Source: Promethearchaeota archaeon (lineage in GTDB: Archaea > Asgardarchaeota > Lokiarchaeia > Sigyniarchaeales > SOKP01). From it: DNA of 64,000 nt. The notes under the pieces were generated by a model. That model saw only the letters and a list, made by a program, of their open reading frames with translations, had not been told where the DNA came from and made no database searches. Made by a program: the position numbers and the translations under genes. The DNA lies in the NCBI GenBank assembly GCA_016930515.1, contig JAFGGO010000114.1, forward strand, positions 57,289-121,288, in the 5' to 3' direction. Each line of letters begins with the position of its first letter. The stretch's first letter is position 1. Positions 1 to 11,500 of the stretch are shown here, piece by piece.

Positions 1-2
1 TG

Positions 3-587
3 ACTTCCTTACCAATATCGCTTTTAAAAAAGATCGAACCGTCGCTTTACAACGCATTCACTAGAGGAGTTTCCCTTAAGATGTATTTTTCAGAAGCCGA
101 TTTTGAACGAACTGAAAACTACCTAGAACGAATTTTAGACCTTTTAAAACGCGTGAGGATTAGAATAATCCAAACAGGAGAAAAAATCTGCCAAGTTGTG
201 AGGTACAACGACGAGATAGTAAACTCTGGAAATGTTTTTATCGACAATAAATTCTTGAACTCTATCGTTTTTAACGAGAACAACGTGCTTGCTTTTGATG
301 GGCATTTTAATCCTGGCGTGATTCAACAAGTCAAGAAGTATTTTGATCTAAAAACAGCAATAAAGATTATTGAGATAGAATATCCAGAGCCGATCAAAAG
401 CGTTTTGAACGCTATTGAACGAAAAAAGGAGATCAAAACCAGAGATCTGAGCCAAATATTAAAAATAAGCGGAAAAAAGCTGAGAGAAGTGCTCGATTTT
501 CTGATAAACGAGGGAATTATTCGTGAAGAAATCGTGCAACAAGAACAAGTTGGTAGACCTAAAAGAATTTATTCTATCGTAGAATAA
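3..587 (+). CDS. TrmB-like transcriptional regulator, 5'-truncated by the window edge, with C-terminal wHTH
   Basis: The frame is open from nt 3 (TSLPISLLKKIEPSLYNAFTRGVSLKMYF), resembling the TrmB 'L..A..RGV.+' segment, so the ATG at 81 is probably internal. The C-terminus (IKTRDLSQILKISGKKLREVLDFLINEGII...VGRPKRIY) is a typical wHTH. Confidence 0.6.
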   Translation, partial: TSLPISLLKKIEPSLYNAFTRGVSLKMYFSEADFERTENYLERILDLLKRVRIRIIQTGEKICQVVRYNDEIVNSGNVFIDNKFLNSIVFNENNVLAFDGHFNPGVIQQVKKYFDLKTAIKIIEIEYPEPIKSVLNAIERKKEIKTRDLSQILKISGKKLREVLDFLINEGIIREEIVQQEQVGRPKRIYSIVE

Positions 588-712
588 TCAAGCGATTTTT
601 CAATCGTATTTAGAATCGTTCATATCAAGTCGATATTATCAGCTCGTAAATAATTTACTATTTAAAAATTCTGTTCTAACTATAAAATAAAATAGAACTG
701 TTTTGAGCTTCT

Positions 713-973
713 ATGGAGATTTTCATAACTTATATTTCAATGGGACTGTCATTAGTTTTAATTATCGGATTCTTATACTTGTTGTTTTCTAATAAATCGC
801 TTAAAAAGCGATTGGAGGATATTAAAAACGATATAGACCTTTCAACTGCGATTTACGAGATAAACGACGAAAGACAGAATAAATTTAAGAAAGCACCTCC
901 CTTGAAAGCGAAATTAAAAACAGAGGTCGAAGACTCATGTCAATTATCGTTAGATTTTTTTTTCAAAAAATAG
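713..973 (+). CDS. Small single-pass membrane protein with C-terminal PIP-box-like motif
   Basis: N-terminal hydrophobic helix (ISMGLSLVLIIGFLYLLF), a coiled-coil-like stretch, and C-terminus QLSLDFFFKK. TATA-like element at ~681. Confidence 0.55.
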   Translation: MEIFITYISMGLSLVLIIGFLYLLFSNKSLKKRLEDIKNDIDLSTAIYEINDERQNKFKKAPPLKAKLKTEVEDSCQLSLDFFFKK

Positions 974-1114
974 TGGTGCTTGCTCAAACAAGTTTATTTA
1001 TAAAACTTCATTACCTATAAGGAAAGAAAATCACATCTATCTATATTTATTTGGTGGTGTAAAATTCGATATATTGAATACCAAGTCGTTTTAGGAGATT
1101 CTCCCGGAAGGTTA

Positions 1115-2161
1115 GTGGTAGAAGACATCAAGAAAGTTGCAAGTAAGGGAGAAAAAAAGGAGCAAGCACCATTACCTCAAGAACAAAAGAATGTCTTATA
1201 TGGAGAAGGTATAATCCATCCGCTCTCTGAAGAGACTTATCTTTGGACCTATTCCCTAATCTATAGGAACAAGAATTTCGATGTCATAAAGTTTAAATCA
1301 AGCTGGTCCTGGAAGGCCGATCCAGAAGGTGTTCAAGACTTAGTTATGGACAAGGCTTCTCATGTAGGTGTCGTTGCAGGTGTGTTTTTCATAATGATTG
1401 ACGATCAAGTCGAGGAGAACTTTTCAAAGCTAGCAGATATGATGGATGCATTTATTGAAAAAACCAGCTCGCAAGAAGCCCCATTTATCGTGTATGGATT
1501 GATAGAAAACAAGCAGAAAATCGCTGAACTCAAAACTAATAAGGACCAACTAAAGAACTTGTCAGATGTGAAAAACTGGGTGCAAAAAAACGGGGGAGAG
1601 TTTCGACTCGAAAATCTAACTGAAATACAGGCAAATATCCAATATTTGGTCTCAGATTACACGCACTTCATCTTGACGAGCACAAAAGCAACAACTAGCT
1701 ATCCTGGACTTAAAATAGGAGAGGTTCATTTCTTGGATTACGAAGACCTTAGCGCCTTACAAGAAATCGAAAAAGCCTTAAAGGAACAACTTAAAGCGGG
1801 TGAAACCGTGGATAATTTGCTTTCCCAACTGTTTTTCAAGTACCTCAAAAAAATAGAGTTCAAAGAGGAGATATTCGAACGACCCGTTGAAGTCGTGGAA
1901 GCAAGCGTGCCTACAATAGAACCAGGGGTACCGCCCCCCTCTAAAATCAAGATAATTTTAGAGGAAATTCGAAGAGGGATCAGGCGCCAATGTCCCAAGT
2001 GTTTTAACTCGGACAGGGAAATGATACGAGAAGTGATTGATCACGATAACTTGATATACGACTTTGGGACCGATAAGATTTATGGATTTAAATACATCTG
2101 CGGACAGTGCGGTCACGAGTGGAAAACTGAAAAAGATTGGGCTTCCGAAACGGTTGATTAA
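1115..2161 (+). CDS. Hypothetical protein: degenerate small-GTPase-like domain plus C-terminal CxxC...CxxC zinc ribbon
   Basis: VAGVFFIMIDDQVEENFSKLADMM...APFIVYG resembles the beta4-alpha3-beta5 region of Ras/Rab GTPases. No P-loop is present. C-terminal CPKC...CGQC. Confidence 0.5.
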   Translation: MVEDIKKVASKGEKKEQAPLPQEQKNVLYGEGIIHPLSEETYLWTYSLIYRNKNFDVIKFKSSWSWKADPEGVQDLVMDKASHVGVVAGVFFIMIDDQVEENFSKLADMMDAFIEKTSSQEAPFIVYGLIENKQKIAELKTNKDQLKNLSDVKNWVQKNGGEFRLENLTEIQANIQYLVSDYTHFILTSTKATTSYPGLKIGEVHFLDYEDLSALQEIEKALKEQLKAGETVDNLLSQLFFKYLKKIEFKEEIFERPVEVVEASVPTIEPGVPPPSKIKIILEEIRRGIRRQCPKCFNSDREMIREVIDHDNLIYDFGTDKIYGFKYICGQCGHEWKTEKDWASETVD

Positions 2162-2234
2162 TGATCGAAACCTTTTTAATTCTTTTTTAATGTTTTATCG
2201 TACGCATTTTCACTTCTTATTTTAAAGTAAATGG

Positions 2235-3416
2235 GTGTTAAGAATTAAAGTCACATACGCAGATAGGATTGGCAGGCTCCCTAAATACATTTTTGCCGCC
2301 ATCGAAGAATTAAAAGCTGAAAAAAAAAGGGAAGGTATTGATCTCATTCTTTTAGGAATAGGAGACCCAGACCTCACGACGCCAGAATTCATCGTAAACG
2401 AGTTGATCGAGCAGGTCAAGCGCCCTGAAAATCAAAATTATCCCACTAGTATGGGTGAGCAAGACTTTCGAGAAGCTGTTTCGAGATGGTATAAGGTACG
2501 ATTTGGCTTGGATCTCGACTCTGGAAAAGAAGTGACGCACTTGTTAGGGGGAAAAGAAGGAATCGCCAACATTGCGCGCGCGTTCGTGAATCCAGGAGAC
2601 GTGGTACTCTGTCCAAATCCGGGATATCCCGTATACGAGAACGGAGCAACGAAATTATGCGACGGAAATCCGTATATAATGCCCTTAACAAAAGAAAACG
2701 AATTCCTTCCAGACTTGGACGCGATTGATAAAAGGGTGCTTAAAAGGATTAAAATGATGTACTTGAATTACCCGAACAACCCAACGGGCGCAATTGCCCC
2801 CATGGAGTTCCTAAAAAAGGCATCCGATTTTGCCGAAGACAACGGATTTTTCATCGTTTACGATAATCCTTATTCCGAGTTTACATTCGACGATTATATT
2901 GCCCCTTCAATCCTTCAAGTATCTGAAAACCATGTGGAAATAAACAGTGTCTCTAAGATGTTTAATATGACGGGATTTCGATGCGGGTGGGCAGCAGGAA
3001 ATTCGGATATTGTCGAAGGTTTACGAAAGGTCAAGTCCCAAATCGATTCAGGAGGATCAATATTCATACAAAAAGCGGTTATAAAAGGACTTGACCAATA
3101 CACTTCCGAAAAAAAACCTGAGATCGTGCAAAAAAATATGAAAATCTACGAAGAACGACGAGACATACTCGTCAATGGATTGAACGATATGGGCTGGAAG
3201 ACCGAAAAACCAGTAGCGACGTTTTATGTGTGGACACCTATTCCAGAAGGAGAGAAAGATGACATGGAATTCGTCAAAAAGCTCATTAATGTTGGCGTTG
3301 TTATAACGCCAGGAGTGGGGTTTGGAGAACACGGAAAAGGATTCGTGAGGTTTGCCTTGACTCAACCTATTGAGAAGATAAAAGAGGCCTTGGAAAGAAT
3401 TTCTAAAGTCATCTAA
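2235..3416 (+). CDS. dapL: LL-diaminopimelate aminotransferase (class I/II PLP enzyme)
   Basis: LPKYIFA, LGIGDPD, GGKEG, NYPNNPTG, DNPY and the PLP-lysine motif SVSKMFNMTGFRCG. Confidence 0.85.
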   Translation: MLRIKVTYADRIGRLPKYIFAAIEELKAEKKREGIDLILLGIGDPDLTTPEFIVNELIEQVKRPENQNYPTSMGEQDFREAVSRWYKVRFGLDLDSGKEVTHLLGGKEGIANIARAFVNPGDVVLCPNPGYPVYENGATKLCDGNPYIMPLTKENEFLPDLDAIDKRVLKRIKMMYLNYPNNPTGAIAPMEFLKKASDFAEDNGFFIVYDNPYSEFTFDDYIAPSILQVSENHVEINSVSKMFNMTGFRCGWAAGNSDIVEGLRKVKSQIDSGGSIFIQKAVIKGLDQYTSEKKPEIVQKNMKIYEERRDILVNGLNDMGWKTEKPVATFYVWTPIPEGEKDDMEFVKKLINVGVVITPGVGFGEHGKGFVRFALTQPIEKIKEALERISKVI

Positions 3417-3462
3417 TTAAAATTATTTTAAGTTTAATTTTTACTTAAGAAAATAAATACTT

Positions 3463-3954
3463 TTATTCTTTAAGTCTTCGAAGAGTTTCTTCCAAGATTT
3501 TTATTACTTGTTTCTTATAAGAGTCCTGTTCAAGATAATTATAACTAAAAGTTTTCCAATGAGGTCGCTTATGGCCAATTTTAAATTTAACGCCGTTCAT
3601 TTCGGTCATATACGAATTTGCATCGAGCTTGGTTGCAATTTGATCAGCTATTATATACCAATGATATTTTGTTTGGACATTTGCTCCCGAATTAAAAGGT
3701 GCTATATGCATTCTTGATTTCAAGCTATTGAAGGAAAAGCTCCATTGATTAGGACTCAATTTCGTTTCGTGCCACTTGCCGTTATTGTAATTCCAGTTAT
3801 GTGAATGCCCAATCGTCATTCCAGAATATGTGGAGTTATTATACGATTTTAACTTGTTATAACTATCCTTTCTAGGTTGATTTTTTTTATATTTTTGACA
3901 TGTTAGATTTTGATGTTTTAAGAGTATCATGTTATCTATTTGTTCGTCCGACAT
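3463..3954 (-). CDS. Conserved hypothetical protein (basic, aromatic-rich beta domain)
   Basis: YSGMTIGHSHNWNY...W.ETK...YHWYIIADQ...KLDAN.Y.T.M.G.KFKIGHKR matches an uncharacterised family I recall from bacteria and fungi (not searched). Confidence 0.6.
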   Translation of the reverse strand: MSDEQIDNMILLKHQNLTCQKYKKNQPRKDSYNKLKSYNNSTYSGMTIGHSHNWNYNNGKWHETKLSPNQWSFSFNSLKSRMHIAPFNSGANVQTKYHWYIIADQIATKLDANSYMTEMNGVKFKIGHKRPHWKTFSYNYLEQDSYKKQVIKILEETLRRLKE

Positions 3955-4141
3955 ATAATAGATACTGTTTGAATCTCTATTAAAAGGGTAGAGGCATCTA
4001 GATTTTCGATTTTTGAAGAATTTATAATTTTTTTAGATGCATTCAAATGAATCTTACTAACATTAAACATAGTGCCGATTATTTCCTTATAAATTAAAAT
4101 GAAATCGTCGGGTATGAAAACAGAATAAAAAACAGAAAAAA

Positions 4142-4330
4142 CTAAGAAAGTTTTCGATATTTCTTTCTTAGATGGGCATTTTTGATCTCGTCTTCAATTT
4201 GAGTGAAAAGACCAGAAGGTTTAAATTCCTTGCTCGTAGTTTCAAGCACCATTTCGTTTTGGTTGTCCTTAGTCCTCTCTTCTTCAGAGAGCTGTTTTTC
4301 TCCTTCTTTTTCGTAAAAATCCGTGGACAT
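4142..4330 (-). CDS. Small charged hypothetical protein (62 aa)
   Basis: ATG at 4330 preceded by GGAGAG. The upstream extension to 4543 in the ORF track reads like non-coding AT-rich DNA. Confidence 0.45.
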   Translation of the reverse strand: MSTDFYEKEGEKQLSEEERTKDNQNEMVLETTSKEFKPSGLFTQIEDEIKNAHLRKKYRKLS

Positions 4331-4604
4331 TCTCTCCATTTTCTCGCACTTGCTGTGGTTTTCGCTTGTCAAATAATTGAATTCTTGTAAATTAAGGTCG
4401 AAACGAATATTTAAACGTTCTGAATTAGATTTTATCAACGATTTTATCTCAATCCTCATAGCATGGTAAAGCCTTATAATCTTTGTTTGGTATATTAATC
4501 TATTAAAAAACAAAAATTGGTCTCCTTTTGATTTAAAAAGCAAAGGAAAGATATATAATATAAGCGGGCGTTATTGTTTCCGTGATAGATTCGGTGAAAA
4601 TCTC

Positions 4605-5549
4605 ATGAAATCAAGTGCATTTGATAAAGATGAATCAGTTTACAAGAGAAGAATGAAATATATTTGGAAGTTTTTCTGGTTTTCAATATTTTTATTCGTG
4701 TTTCCCTTAATCTCAGGCATTGTTGGTGGTTTAACCATTAATTTCGTTATTGGCGATGGTTACATTGCATTTTGCATAGGTTTCATGATCGCAATTTTTG
4801 TTGGGATATATTTTTATAGGCATTACGATAAGTACAGAAATAATCCCTTTTTTACGAACCAAAAAAAAAACTTGAGATCCCGAATTGATATTGCGTTTAT
4901 AATTTCCATTACATCATTGCTTGTTCCGTTCATGATAAATATTGTTAGTTTCTTGCTTGTCAAGCTTTATCTATTTGAAGCATACGCCTTAATTTCGTAT
5001 ATATTAATCTATCCGTCCGTTTTTATCTATAATTTTTACAAACCCATTGATTACTACAATCCATCTGATAAGGAGTTTAAAAATAGCAAGAGTTTCAAAC
5101 TTTCAATGAAAATGATTTATAACAACATATATCTTGTGAATTATGTTGTTAACATCCTATTCCTCGGAATATTCATCCGATTGCGATTTTTTTATTCTTC
5201 CTTAATCTTGATTTATGCTATATTCTATTTCATCACCATTTTCAACACAAAAAAAGAGCGAAATAGAATTTTGAAGTTAATGGAAAGAGAGGAAGATTTC
5301 TTAAAATCATTGATATCATTTAAAAAAAATATGACTAAAGCAATAATTGGATTGATTTTCAGTATAGTCGTTTTCGGCTCGATCGTTGTTATTATTGAAC
5401 AAGGTACCTTACCAAGTATTTTCTATGGTTCACTGTTGGTAATTACTGGCATCTTGTTGTTATATAAAACGATTAATTATGTGAACATACATTTTGAAAG
5501 CGTTCTTTCTTATTTAGAAAATCCCATCAAAGGAGATGATCTTTCGTGA
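4605..5549 (+). CDS. Polytopic membrane protein (~8 TM), partner of the giant membrane protein
   Basis: GGTG RBS at ~4593 and paired hydrophobic helices. The stop overlaps the next start (GTGA, 5546-5549). Confidence 0.75.
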   Translation: MKSSAFDKDESVYKRRMKYIWKFFWFSIFLFVFPLISGIVGGLTINFVIGDGYIAFCIGFMIAIFVGIYFYRHYDKYRNNPFFTNQKKNLRSRIDIAFIISITSLLVPFMINIVSFLLVKLYLFEAYALISYILIYPSVFIYNFYKPIDYYNPSDKEFKNSKSFKLSMKMIYNNIYLVNYVVNILFLGIFIRLRFFYSSLILIYAIFYFITIFNTKKERNRILKLMEREEDFLKSLISFKKNMTKAIIGLIFSIVVFGSIVVIIEQGTLPSIFYGSLLVITGILLLYKTINYVNIHFESVLSYLENPIKGDDLS

Positions 5550-8500
5550 ATGATTCTACCGATAGATTAAATAAATACAAGAAATACAATTCTCTTTTAA
5601 CCGGATTACTCATTGCAAGCTTTCTATCGTTCTCTTTCTTAGAACTTATTTTATTAGGGAGCTTTATCTTATTTATCGTACAAGTTTCATTAGTTGCTCC
5701 GTTAATCTACTTATTAGCATACATCGAACACGAACGCCATTTAAGCAACAATAAAGAGAATATAGCCACTTATTTGGTAAACACGATAAGTCTAATAACG
5801 GGAATAATTTTTGGACTTTTAGGATTTCTTCCTTTTAACGTGCAAATCGTCATTTTTTGTATTTTCATGCTTTTCAGCTTTGAAGGATTCGTGAGAATTG
5901 GTTTTTTCAGAAAGGAAACGATAATATGGTTTCAAGATATTTTAGCAATGATAGTATATCTCCTAATCACATATTCTTTCGGGTATCCCGCAATTGAAAG
6001 TGCAATCTTAAATACATTTCATTCCCAAATCTTAGAAACCGCAACTATCATATTAGTTAATGGCATGATAATCTCTGGAATGTTTTTGCTTTCTTTTTAT
6101 CTTTTATCTATTAGAAAGGCTTGGAAAAACGAAGCGAGGGTATTTCACTTGTTAATAACGATAAATTTCTTGATATTAGAAACTTTTGCGTTTGTGTATA
6201 TTAATTTGTGGTTTTATTATTCTTATCAAATAACCGCTTTCTTAAACTCCTTGGTTTTAAGCATCGTTTTCTTTCCCACGATCTTGTTACTTTTCTTGTT
6301 TCTAAACTGGACGATAAAGATATTTTCGTACGATAGATTTAAGATATATTTTTATAACGCCCTTTGGTTCCAAGTTTTTACCGTTTTAGGCTTAATTGAA
6401 GTAATTCTAATTAACGACATCCAAGGAATATTGTTTTGGATCATGTTGGATGTCTTGCTTTTCTTTATCGTTTTAAATTTCATCTTAAAACTAGGGAATT
6501 CTTTGGGGAAAATAAATAATATGACTAAAAGCACTTTTAAGACCATATTTTCCATTGTTCTGGTCTTTGAATTTCTTGTTTTATCGTTTCTCTTGTTATC
6601 GCAGATAGTATTGATAAAAATCCTTGCTCCCATTGATAATATCATCGTGTCGTCTTATATCGCACTAATATTCATGACTACACTAGCCAACGCGTTGTCC
6701 ATAGAAGAGAAATTATTCTCTAACATTGTTTCTAGAATTCTAACTATTACTAGCCTTATCTTGCTTCCATTTATCGTATCTTGGTATGTTGCGCTTTCAT
6801 TAATAAGCTTTGCCTTGATTTACATTTTACCACCTATTTTATTTTGTTTGTTATTATACCTTCCCTTAATTTATATGATTTATTTTGGATTCGGAACAAG
6901 GACAGCAACTTACACCTTTTTTTTGGATAGTCTTTTACTATGGATATTTGTGGGATTATCCCCGATTGTTCTGAATTTTGAAAACCCCATCCTTTCTCAA
7001 GTTGATGTATTGAATCTAACGCTACTTTGCGTTAGCTTTTCTACTATATATTTAAGATTAACATGCAAAAAGCTAAATATCCTTGATATATTTACTCGAT
7101 TACTGCCAAAAATATTGATGGTTGTATTATTCGTTTTTTCAGGGACATTCCTATTTTATTACAGCTTTCTAATTTTAAGATCTTTTCAAATCGCCTTTTT
7201 ATTATCTTTTATTAATTCATCTCTTTATTTGTTTGTTCCAATGTATATATCTTATAAATACGATATTTTCCAGCGTTTTTGGATGAAATATGTTATTTTT
7301 TTAAATAGCATTGCCTTGTACGTTTTCATTGTTTTCCTACCAATATTTATTGGATTAGATATCGGTGTAAGGGTTACTTCGGTTGCGATTGTTACACCAA
7401 CGCTTGTTTTAGCGTTCACATTATTAATTTTCCTAGAAAAAGTTGCAAAAAAAGTAGAATTCGGGGATAAAACCGTGTTAAATCTTAAAATCGCCCAAAT
7501 ACCAGTATGGATCGTTATTTCGATAATCATCACATTTTCTGTCGCTTATAATTCATTTCAATTCGACATTTCGACTTCAGTTCTCGTTAGTGGCACGATT
7601 TTAATCTTTTTTGGATTAAGCGTGTTTACATGTTATTTATTGTATCTCGTAGAAAAAAAATTATCGCGAGATCAACCAAATACTCGACTTTTAATCAAAA
7701 CACGCGAAATTTATACCATTTTTCGTACAATTATCTATTATGGAATTGTGGTATCGTTATCGGTTTTAATCTCTTCGGCATTAGAAATCTTACTTCAGAA
7801 TTCACCCATTGCTTCGGAATTTCCGAGCCTATTCTTTGCAGTTAACGCATTAATCACTACATTTATAATATTTGTTGTGTTGATAACAACGGATCGCCTT
7901 ATTCAAGTAACTTTTCCAAGAATAAAAGCTTGGGTGGCTTCAATATCGTGGCTCAGTTTGAAGATGTTTCTCATCGTTTTCATTCTAGTAATACCTTCAG
8001 GATATTTATATTATATTAACATTCTTTCCGCCTTTATCACTTTCGCTTTTTTAACACCAATCACGCTTTATCATGTAGAAAAAATCAACAAGTTATCTGA
8101 TAAACGAGTGATTTTCTTAAAAAAAACAAATCATTTAATATTCTTAATCGCTACATTTACCTTCTATATAGTATTATTCTTGTTTATAACCTTGCAAGTG
8201 AATTACTTTGCAACAAATCTCGTCGTGCTTGGATTATTATTTGCTTGTAACTTGTTCTTGCTTTTCAATTACATCTTAAAGAAATATAAAAAGAATCAGG
8301 AACGACAAACGCTTTCGGAAGTGTATAAAATCTATGTTTCCTTTGTCTTATTGAGCGCAAGCTTGCTTTATATCGCACCGATCTTTTGTATAGTAATATT
8401 CATCGTTGGTGCAGTGATAATCCTTTCCGATCGTAGTCCGAATTTTATTAACAAGGCGTTAATTTATGCAATTCTATCCATTTGTGCTAATATTTTAGTT

Positions 8501-11500
8501 TTTTCATTATTAGATATCTTTTCGATCTTTTCTAGTGTTAGCGCCATACCTCTTGGATTTTACATAATATTGTACTTGTTGTGTTTAATACTTACGATTG
8601 CATTTTCAGTGATATTAAACTTGGAAGGGAATAACAATTTTGAATTGCTCGCCTTATACGGAAGTTGCGCAATCTGGTCATTTTTTTACATTGCAACTTA
8701 TTTTTCAAATATTTTGTTACTATACAACATGACAATATCCCTTCTCGAGTTCTTGATATTGATGGGAGTAACTCTTTTTCGGAGGAAAGATGAGAGATAT
8801 CGCTTTTTCATACGACCCTCAATCTTGTTATTCATATTTGACTTGATAAGTTATTTATCGTACGGATTTTTCTTCGTTAATCCCATCTATAAAGAGATTA
8901 ATCCGCTCTTGACGCTCACTTTAACAATTTCAATTACCGATTTAGCATTCATCTGTATTTACAGGGATCTGAAGGACAATGCTCGAAGAAGATCGTTTTC
9001 TCTTGCTCTAGGATCTTTAATTGTTGCTTTTCCTGCATTTATTGGTCTTTTTTTAGTATCGTACTCGATTGCACCAATCGAATGGCCACTCGCAGTCACG
9101 ATTGCTCTTAATATTCTTGTGTTCTTATATTTTCTTTCGGTAGGTGTTTATAGGTGGAAGCTTTCGCGTGCTATCTGGGATTCAGCGTGGTGGGCGTGGA
9201 ACTTACTCCCAATAATAAATGTCTTTATGATTTATCAAGCATTGTCTGGAATAGACGTAATTACGAATGCACTCCAAGTTGGAGGAACCCAAATTACAGG
9301 TTCGCTTATTTTAACGCTGATAATTTTTTCGTTGTTGTACCTACCAGTATTGTACACGAAGATCAAGAAGCATTTCTACACATGTCTAATTTTTATTTGG
9401 ACAGAAAGCTTGGTTTTGATAATTTGGATAACTTTCAACATCTTTTTTGAATATCCTGGGTTAATCGTCCTATCTAGCTCAATCATGGCAATCATCTTGC
9501 TCATGCCATTGTTGTATAAGCTGAATTATTGGCGATTCGTTTCTACTTTCTGGTGGATCTTGACAATTATTAACGCCTCCTTTTTTATAATCTTGCTGAT
9601 TGTCAATGGGGTTGAACTAGCGATTTCTATTTCCACAGGCATTATATTAGCAAGTATTTTCTTTATGATTTATTCGTATTTTCCAAATATAAAACATAAA
9701 ATATTATACATTGCGTGTTCTTACACGATCCTAATTGCAGGAATATTTTCTCTTTTATCGTTTATCATTTATTTCATTTTCTACAATCTATTGATATCCA
9801 TTAATATCTCAAGCATAATAATCGCGTTTAGCCTTTTTACTTCGAAATATCTAAAGTTTGAAAAATTAGATCCAAAGCGATATATCCACCTTTTTATTTC
9901 CACTCTTCTCATATGGCACTTCTCGTGGCTTACATATAATACATTTTCGCTAGTCAAGGGTCTCGAATTGTTTTCGATCTTTCTGGCTATAGCGGTGCTC
10001 GGAGGAACCTTGTTTGTGTTTAGTTATTACGACATGTTGATAATTGAAATAAATAAAAAAATACCATGGCTAACAATGACAGTTGGAACGTCTTTTGCAG
10101 TGATATCGCTATGTTTCACGGTGATTCCGTCTTTTTGGATTAATTTGGCTATATTCGTGTTAGTTAACATCGTTTTTGCGTATTTCTGGTTTGGAAGATA
10201 TAAATATTTACTTTGGTACGCTTTTCCAGTGCCCTTTGCCTTGTTAATCCAAGAATCAATGCTAATGATCTTAATTGTTCGTCCCTACTGGGCCCTATCG
10301 CTTTCCATAACTTATTTAATCATTTTTCAAATATTCGTCAATGTATTCAATCAAATTCGTAGGGATAAACTTTCAAATGGATTGATGAAATTCTTTGGAG
10401 ACCAAAAACATGTTAAATTGAATAATATCGCTTGTTTTTCGAGTTATGCTGCTTTAATACCCTTATTCACTTTTCTTGTCGTTCCTTTTTCGCTAGAATA
10501 CAGGATTTTAACATTTCTTATCACTCTATCGTTTTTATTAATATTAACATTAGGATACATAAACAAATCGTGGACTAGGTTAGAAATCGGAACTCTATCA
10601 ATGGTTAAATACAAGTCAAAACTGGAATTTATAGTTTATTTGATGCTATATATCGAATTGGCGGTATTAACTCTTTTTATTGGCATGAACACCTTAGGAG
10701 CTCTTACAAGCAGTCTAATCTCTGCTTTAATATTATTTGCACTCGTGAGCTTGGACTCTTCGACCATTAAACGAGTGAATCATCCCATTATCAACTTGAT
10801 CTCCTTTACCCTGCTATACGCACTTTTCCCTTTCGCTTTAGTCGGAATTTTTGTTCAATACAAGTTATTAAACATTGGTTCTAGCGCAATAATCGTGTTG
10901 CTAGAAACAGTATTTACATATTATGCGTTTTATTATGTCCATAAACTCGTTGGAAGCGAAAAAACGGAAAAAATTAAAAAAATCGCTGGTAGTTCAATTG
11001 CTCTGCTTCTTTACGTGGAGTTATCAATAAGCATCTTTGGATACTTGATGTTGATCCAAGAATTAATGATAAGCTTGCTAGTGTCTTCAATGTCACTTCA
11101 CGGATTTGTAATATTGGATATTTTATTAATCAAAAGAGTTAAAAATCGAATCTTTCCCCTAATATCATTTAGTTTTGTTTACGTCATTACTCCGATTACG
11201 CTAATATTATTGTTTGATCAGTATCATCTCATTAACATTGCTTCGATCTCCTTAATCGTGTTGCTTGAGACCTTTTTCACTTATTACGAGCTTCATTTAA
11301 TTTTCAAAATAACCCAAATCGAAAGGACCAAACAATTTAGAAGATTTTTGAAAAATTTAGTTATTTTTGCGATATATATCGAAATAACAGTTATATTATT
11401 TGGATTGTATATTTCTATTTTCGAAACTGTCGTGAGCTACTTGATTTCACTCGTCGTGCTAATTTTAATACTAGGAGCCCATATTTCTTTTGCAGGAAAG

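Noticed and set aside
4331-4543. N-terminal extension of the 4142 ORF
   Set aside because: It runs through the AT-rich divergent promoter region; an RBS supports the ATG at 4330.
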